Shown: positions 59,311 through 64,000 of the stretch, in pieces
How the letters are laid out: each line of letters begins with the position of its first letter
How positions within the stretch are numbered: the first letter of the stretch is position 1
Origin: Minisyncoccota bacterium
Lineage (GTDB): Bacteria; Patescibacteriota; Minisyncoccia; Phycocordibacterales; UBA5272
DNA length: 64,000 bases
Direction: 5' to 3'
Assembly (NCBI GenBank): GCA_018062965.1
Contig: JAGORG010000003.1
Span: 47,655-111,654 of the forward strand
Position numbers and translations under genes: made by a program
Notes under the pieces: model-generated
Databases searched by the model: none
What the model saw: the letters and a program-made list of their open reading frames with translations, nothing else
What the model was told of the DNA's origin: nothing

Positions 59311-59865
59311 TTATTCGCCCATCACTTCTTTTTCTTTCTTTGCAAACAGAGATTCGAGCTCTGCGTTTGTTGTATCAACGATTGCCTGCATTGCTTCGCG
59401 ATATCGCATCTTTTCATCTTGTCCATACTCTCCATCTTTTTCACGTGCGTCGATATCTTTGTTTGTTTCTTCTCGAAGAGCACGCACTCGCACGCGAGCA
59501 TCTTCTAGTCGGTCTTTCAAAAGTTTTACCAACTTTGTACGAGTTTCAGTTGTGAGCGCTGGGAAATGCACTCGAAGTCCTTGGTCATCGGATGAGACAG
59601 AGAGTCCGAGGTCGGCTTCGTTGATTGCTTTTTCCATACCGCCGATAATTGATTTATCCCATGGGGCAACACGAAGTGTTCGCGGATCTTCGATAGTAAT
59701 AGACCCAGTGTGCGCAAGTGGTGTACGAGTTCCGTACATATCGACATGAACAAGATCAAGCACTTGTGGTGTAGCGCGACCTGTTGAAATAGATCGGTAT
59801 TCCCCTTGTAGCCAATCGATGATTGTTTGCTTTTTTGTTTCTGCTTCTGAAAAATTATATGCCAT
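59311..59865 (-). CDS. frr: Ribosome recycling factor
   Basis: RRF sequence; 184 aa. Confidence 0.85.
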   Translation of the reverse strand: MAYNFSEAETKKQTIIDWLQGEYRSISTGRATPQVLDLVHVDMYGTRTPLAHTGSITIEDPRTLRVAPWDKSIIGGMEKAINEADLGLSVSSDDQGLRVHFPALTTETRTKLVKLLKDRLEDARVRVRALREETNKDIDAREKDGEYGQDEKMRYREAMQAIVDTTNAELESLFAKKEKEVMGE

Positions 59866-59899
59866 ATATGGTTAGTGATGAATGTAGAGTAATTCTATC

Positions 59900-60553
59900 C
59901 TAGTTCTTCTGCTTGGGCAATAACAATGCAAGATACTCAATAAGTGCTTTCCCTGAAGCTGAAGGGTCACCTGCATAGGACGCCATAGCAAGTGTCTCTT
60001 GTATGTATCGAGGTGAAGCGTTTTCTTTACGCAGCACTTCAACAAGCGAAAGAATAAACCCTTTAACTGCTTCACGGTCTTTTCTCCCTTCCTCATCTTC
60101 ACGATTAAGCAGTTGAGTAATATATGGAAGCTTGATACGAGACACTGGTACTGTTTGCAAAAAATCTATCGCGTCTAAAGAAGCAGTTGATTCACCATGG
60201 TGTACCACATGCATACGTGAGAGCACAGTATCCAAAAGTCTATCTTTGCTACTTGTTACAAAAATAAATCGAAGTCCTTGTTGTGGTTCTTCAAGAATTT
60301 TAAGCAGCGCATTTTGTGCAGGGTGAGTAATAGTGTGAAATGAGAGAACAAGCGCTCTGTTACCATGTTCATCCCCCTGGATAGCAGATTTTGCCCACGA
60401 AATAATGTCACGTGCAGTGTCGATATCTAACACCGTCTGATCTATGTGTTTGTGTGTAGGAGATGGGAAATCACTCTGAAGAGCAGTATATGTAGTGTGC
60501 CTATCTGGACCAACAACCAGAACTGCATGATGAAGAGGAAGCGAGATATTCAT
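59900..60553 (-). CDS. holB: DNA polymerase III delta-prime-like clamp-loader subunit (short)
   Basis: AQNALLKILEEP box. N-terminal VVGPD lacks a GKT P-loop. Confidence 0.55.
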   Translation of the reverse strand: MNISLPLHHAVLVVGPDRHTTYTALQSDFPSPTHKHIDQTVLDIDTARDIISWAKSAIQGDEHGNRALVLSFHTITHPAQNALLKILEEPQQGLRFIFVTSSKDRLLDTVLSRMHVVHHGESTASLDAIDFLQTVPVSRIKLPYITQLLNREDEEGRKDREAVKGFILSLVEVLRKENASPRYIQETLAMASYAGDPSASGKALIEYLALLLPKQKN

Positions 60554-60641
60554 ACCTATGAGTATAGCAAAGTCGATTTACCTGCCAGATGTTTTAGTGT
60601 AGTATCAAGACAAATCAACTGTTCTTTAGAAAGGAACACTC

Positions 60642-61430
60642 GTGAAAAATACTTATATAATTTCTGGCCCTGAAAGAGGTGTCATCGTCCCTGAACTCTG
60701 GTACATGGAAACCTGGGACAACAACCTCTACATTTTCTTTACAAAGACTGGCTGGGAGATAACCAATACTGTACTTCGTGGCACAACAATCCACCCCAGT
60801 GTTGTATCTCCTTGGGGAATTAACTCGGCTTTCCGCCCAATAGTTAGTCGTGGGGATCTCCACTGGCTATGTATACCCATCGAGGACCAGCAAAACCAAG
60901 AAATACAAACAGCTATTGCAGACGGTTTGGAGTTTCTCACTGAAATACTCAACATCTTGGCACCCGAAGAAGCAAAGGTGCAAGGAGAAAGCACTAACAA
61001 CAAGCAAGTTCAATTATTCTCGCTCCAAACCTATCACTCAAGTGATGAACCTCTCATGCACGGCGCAGGACTTGACGTATCTATCTCGTCTGAGGCAATG
61101 CGGGTTTTTGCTGAACATGCAAACCAGTCAATACCAGGTGTTCGCAAAAATATGAAAGGACACTACCGCGCACTAGACCCAAGTTACAGAAGTGTCATTT
61201 CTGGTGACTTCTCAGGTGTTCTTCGTGACGGAGGGACTCCGCACTTTACTACCTATGGAAGTAATTGCGCATGTCTTAGTATTCCAGGACACGAACACTC
61301 TGGAACTATTGAAGGCTGTGGGTTGTACATTGATAGTCACAACATCAATACCCCTCGGCAGCAACTGAACATACTTATCGCTATCGCGACAACATGGAAA
61401 TGGGTACGCACCAAACTTGCCTACAAGTAA
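60642..61430 (+). CDS. Hypothetical 262-aa protein
   Basis: ORF followed by a terminator. Confidence 0.45.
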   Translation: MKNTYIISGPERGVIVPELWYMETWDNNLYIFFTKTGWEITNTVLRGTTIHPSVVSPWGINSAFRPIVSRGDLHWLCIPIEDQQNQEIQTAIADGLEFLTEILNILAPEEAKVQGESTNNKQVQLFSLQTYHSSDEPLMHGAGLDVSISSEAMRVFAEHANQSIPGVRKNMKGHYRALDPSYRSVISGDFSGVLRDGGTPHFTTYGSNCACLSIPGHEHSGTIEGCGLYIDSHNINTPRQQLNILIAIATTWKWVRTKLAYK

Positions 61431-61440
61431 TCAGAAACAA

Positions 61441-61474
61441 AAAAACCGACGCGCGCGTCGGCTTTTTCTTTTTT
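61441..61474 (+). terminator. Intrinsic terminator (CCGACG-CGCG-CGTCGG + T-run)
   Basis: GC-palindrome followed by T5CT7. Confidence 0.55.
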
Positions 61475-61506
61475 ATATGTTTTGGTGTAGTATCAGGGTA
61501 AATTAA

Positions 61507-61872
61507 TTGTTCTTGGAGAATCTCATGGGAAACACCGCACTTGACTTTCTGACACGAAACCCTGAAAGCATAACCCTCGAGGAGATTCAACGCTACGTTA
61601 GCCTCTATGCGACAGACCCTCTTGTTATTTTGTATATAGAAAAACTGAGACACCACTTTGACAAAGCTGTTGAAGACGAAGTATCCGAAAAGCTACCAGA
61701 AGCTGCTGAAGAAGTTTTGTCTGAAAAACTCGATGAGCTCGCAAAAAAAGTAGACGCGCTTATGTCTGATATTTCAACCGGACTGAAACATGTTTCATAC
61801 GACGACCTGTCTAGCTATGTATTGGGTGAGATCGAGAAATTTAAACAAGACAACTTACCATCTATCGACTAA
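61507..61872 (+). CDS. Hypothetical acidic helical 121-aa protein
   Basis: ORF only. Confidence 0.4.
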   Translation: MFLENLMGNTALDFLTRNPESITLEEIQRYVSLYATDPLVILYIEKLRHHFDKAVEDEVSEKLPEAAEEVLSEKLDELAKKVDALMSDISTGLKHVSYDDLSSYVLGEIEKFKQDNLPSID

Positions 61873-61906
61873 CTGGCTTCACTGCCAGTTTTTATTTTGT
61901 ATATAT

Positions 61907-62920
61907 TTATCTCTTAGAGAAAACTGATTTCTTGTACGTATCGAGGTGAGCAAGAGCAACCCCTGTTCCTTTTGCAACACAATAGAATGCATCTTCAGCA
62001 AGCACCGCCTTTACACCTGTACGACGCTCTACCAAATCTGGAAAATGACGAAGCATAGATGTCCCCCCTGACATAATGATACCGTTGTCGATAATATCTG
62101 ACGCGAGTTCTGGTGGTGTTTCTTGAAGAACATCTTTGACTGCTTTGATCATCATGCGCAATTCTTTGTCGATTGCTTTTACAATTTCATTTGTACGAAT
62201 TTCAACAGTACGAGGAAGTCCCGCGATAAAATCTCGTCCTTTTACTTTCATAACGAGCTCTTCTTCAAGTGGAAGCGCTGAGCCGATATTTACTTTTATA
62301 TCTTCCGCTGTCTGATCTCCAATTGCGAGATTGTACGTTTTCTTCATATAGTCGATGATAGCTTGGTCGATTTTGTTACCAGCGCATTTAACCGATGTAC
62401 TGCACACGATACCACCGAGAGATATCACGGCGACGTCTGTTGTACCTCCACCGATATCTACGATCATACGCCCTTGCGCTTCTTGGATTTCAATTCCTGC
62501 ACCGATGGCTGCCAAGATAGGCTCTTTCACAACATACGCATTTTTTGCGCCGGCTTTGATAGCTGCTTCGATAACCGCGCGACGTTCTGTAGAAGTCACC
62601 CCTGCAGGAACAGAGATCATCACATCTGGTTTAAAAAGATTGAACCCTTTGAGAGCTTTGTTGATGTAATACCGAAGCATCGCTTCTGTTACACGATAAT
62701 CCGCAATCACTCCGTCTCGCATAGGACGATATGCAACGATTTCGTCTGGTGTTTTACCAATCATGTCTTTTGCTTCATTTCCAACAGCAAGAATTTTATT
62801 ATCGATAAGTGACACCGCAACAACAGAAGGCTCGACAAGTACAACGCCTTTTTCTGGAACATATACGAGTGTATTTGCAGTCCCTAAATCGATACCAAGC
62901 TTTTTATTGAAAAACCCCAT
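61907..62920 (-). CDS. Second MreB/Mbl-family actin homolog (orphan paralog)
   Basis: LGIDLGTANTLVY and DIGGGTTD. 337 aa. Confidence 0.8.
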   Translation of the reverse strand: MGFFNKKLGIDLGTANTLVYVPEKGVVLVEPSVVAVSLIDNKILAVGNEAKDMIGKTPDEIVAYRPMRDGVIADYRVTEAMLRYYINKALKGFNLFKPDVMISVPAGVTSTERRAVIEAAIKAGAKNAYVVKEPILAAIGAGIEIQEAQGRMIVDIGGGTTDVAVISLGGIVCSTSVKCAGNKIDQAIIDYMKKTYNLAIGDQTAEDIKVNIGSALPLEEELVMKVKGRDFIAGLPRTVEIRTNEIVKAIDKELRMMIKAVKDVLQETPPELASDIIDNGIIMSGGTSMLRHFPDLVERRTGVKAVLAEDAFYCVAKGTGVALAHLDTYKKSVFSKR

Positions 62921-63002
62921 AGTAGTAATCTCATTCTAACACAAAAGCAAGCCAAGAAGCAGCCTTATATTTCAAGCTTTTTTTGACCTATTCTAAAGTT
63001 CT

Positions 63003-64000
63003 ATGTGCGCTATACTAAGCAGTATGTATGTAGTTGCCGTTGCGCCACTCCTAAAAGGACTCCCGTATGAAGAGCTTTCCTATTTCTCAAAAGACCAATG
63101 TGCACTTGGAGACCTCGTCATCATTAGTATAAAAAAGAGAAATGTTCGTGCGCTCGTGCTGTCATGTGTACCAGCAGAAGAAGAACGCCACTCGCTTCGT
63201 CATGCAAACTTTAGTCTCAAAAAAATAGTACGCATAGAAACACCTGGGTTCATACCTCCACAACTTGCAAAAGCTCTTGCGTATAACGCTTCATATCAAC
63301 TACTTCCACTTGGGAAAAGTATTTATGATCTGATCCCAGAAAGAGCGTATGATGCTATAACTACATTCCACGCTCCGCAACCAAAAGACTTTGAACAGTT
63401 ACTACTGCAACAAAACTACAAGGAACGCATGACTCGCTACAAGTCACTCATACGTGAATCATTCGCCAAGAAACAATCTCTTGTTATTTTCTTTCCGACA
63501 ACACACGATATTAGCTATGCACACAAAGCACTTTCATTTGGCATAGAAGATTACGTCATTACGTACCACAGCAATCTAACTGACAAACAAACAGCTACGT
63601 CTCTTCAAAAACTATCCGATGAACACCCGATGCTCATCCTTGCAACGCCATCACTGTTGCCGTGGGCACGAAAAGATCTTGGCCTGGTTATCATTGAGCG
63701 CGAACATAGCCAATACTATTTCACCTATGGAGATTATGGATACGATATGCGGCAGACGATTATGATGCTGACGCGAGATTCCAAACTACCGCTCATTCGT
63801 GGTTCTCATCTCCTCTCTCTTGATGCACATTTGCTTTTGAAACGAGGAGAAGCGCAGGATGTGATGCCACTTCATTTTCGAAACGACGCACCTATTGATG
63901 TGATACCAATGCACACGGAAAACATGAGTGCGAGCCCATACCTCTCACGCACCACATTATCTATACTTCATGAAGCAAAACTTCATACACGTGGTCATTA
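63003..64000 (+). CDS. PriA-like primosomal protein N', partial (runs off right edge), apparently lacking the Walker A P-loop
   Basis: VAVAPLL 3'-binding-domain-like start. YHSNLTDKQTATSLQKL and ILATPSLLPWARKDLGLVIIEREH match PriA helicase motifs. The GSGKT position reads IRESFAKKQ. Confidence 0.5.
   Translation, partial: MCAILSSMYVVAVAPLLKGLPYEELSYFSKDQCALGDLVIISIKKRNVRALVLSCVPAEEERHSLRHANFSLKKIVRIETPGFIPPQLAKALAYNASYQLLPLGKSIYDLIPERAYDAITTFHAPQPKDFEQLLLQQNYKERMTRYKSLIRESFAKKQSLVIFFPTTHDISYAHKALSFGIEDYVITYHSNLTDKQTATSLQKLSDEHPMLILATPSLLPWARKDLGLVIIEREHSQYYFTYGDYGYDMRQTIMMLTRDSKLPLIRGSHLLSLDAHLLLKRGEAQDVMPLHFRNDAPIDVIPMHTENMSASPYLSRTTLSILHEAKLHTRGH

Noticed and set aside
1-64000. CRISPR arrays, transposases, integrases, phage structural genes, restriction-modification or other recognisable defence systems.
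   Set aside because: No regularly spaced direct repeats, no DDE/tyrosine-recombinase-like ORFs, no nuclease/methylase motifs. The only compositional anomaly is the small GC-rich cassette at 58.9 kb.

Overview
The window is a compact, moderately AT-rich (roughly 40% GC) bacterial chromosomal segment. It is almost entirely housekeeping content, mostly on the minus strand. The reduced gene forms (see findings) suggest a small-genome, possibly CPR/Patescibacteria-like bacterium, but this is inference and no taxon can be named.

Main blocks (coordinates below):
- Efflux operon marR-MFP-RND at 3298-8553.
- Cell-wall cluster (D-Ala-D-Ala carboxypeptidase, mraY, ftsW, murG), followed by gltX and an M23 peptidase.
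- scpA/scpB.
- aspS, trpS and a sodium/solute symporter.
- grpE-dnaK and dnaJ, with a foreign-looking plus-strand gene between dnaK and dnaJ.
- Ribosomal/RNAP block rplM-rpsI and infA-rpmJ-rpsM-rpsK-rpsD-rpoA-rplQ. rpmJ was missed by the ORF track.
- Truncated alaS and ychF.
- DsbA-like protein, a SAM methyltransferase and a class II photolyase.
- dcw fragment mraZ-rsmH-ftsL-ftsI.
- lysS, greA, and mrdA-mreD?-mreC-mreB.
- proS, rseP, frr, a holB-like gene, a second mreB, and a partial priA-like gene at the right edge.
- A partial SPFH/band-7 gene runs off the left edge.

No rRNA, tRNA, CRISPR array, transposase or integrase was found.

Non-housekeeping highlights:
- 8962-9790, a small-feature island. 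It holds a 55-aa ORF whose DNA is a pair of hairpin repeats ending in an intrinsic terminator, and two tandem paralogous 33-aa single-TM peptides downstream of the M23 peptidase.
- About 40150-40289, a roughly 105-nt candidate sRNA. It has a consensus TTGACA-17-TATAGT promoter, a GNRA-capped helix and a UUCG-loop terminator.
- 58858-59301, a markedly GC-rich cassette encoding a secreted 103-aa protein. It sits behind a perfect TTGACA-17-TATAAT promoter with an AAGGAG RBS.
- Two long perfect palindromes, 23 bp and 20 bp.
- A family of CCGACG...CGTCGG terminators.

Coordinates of small features were derived by hand and may be off by 1-2 nt.
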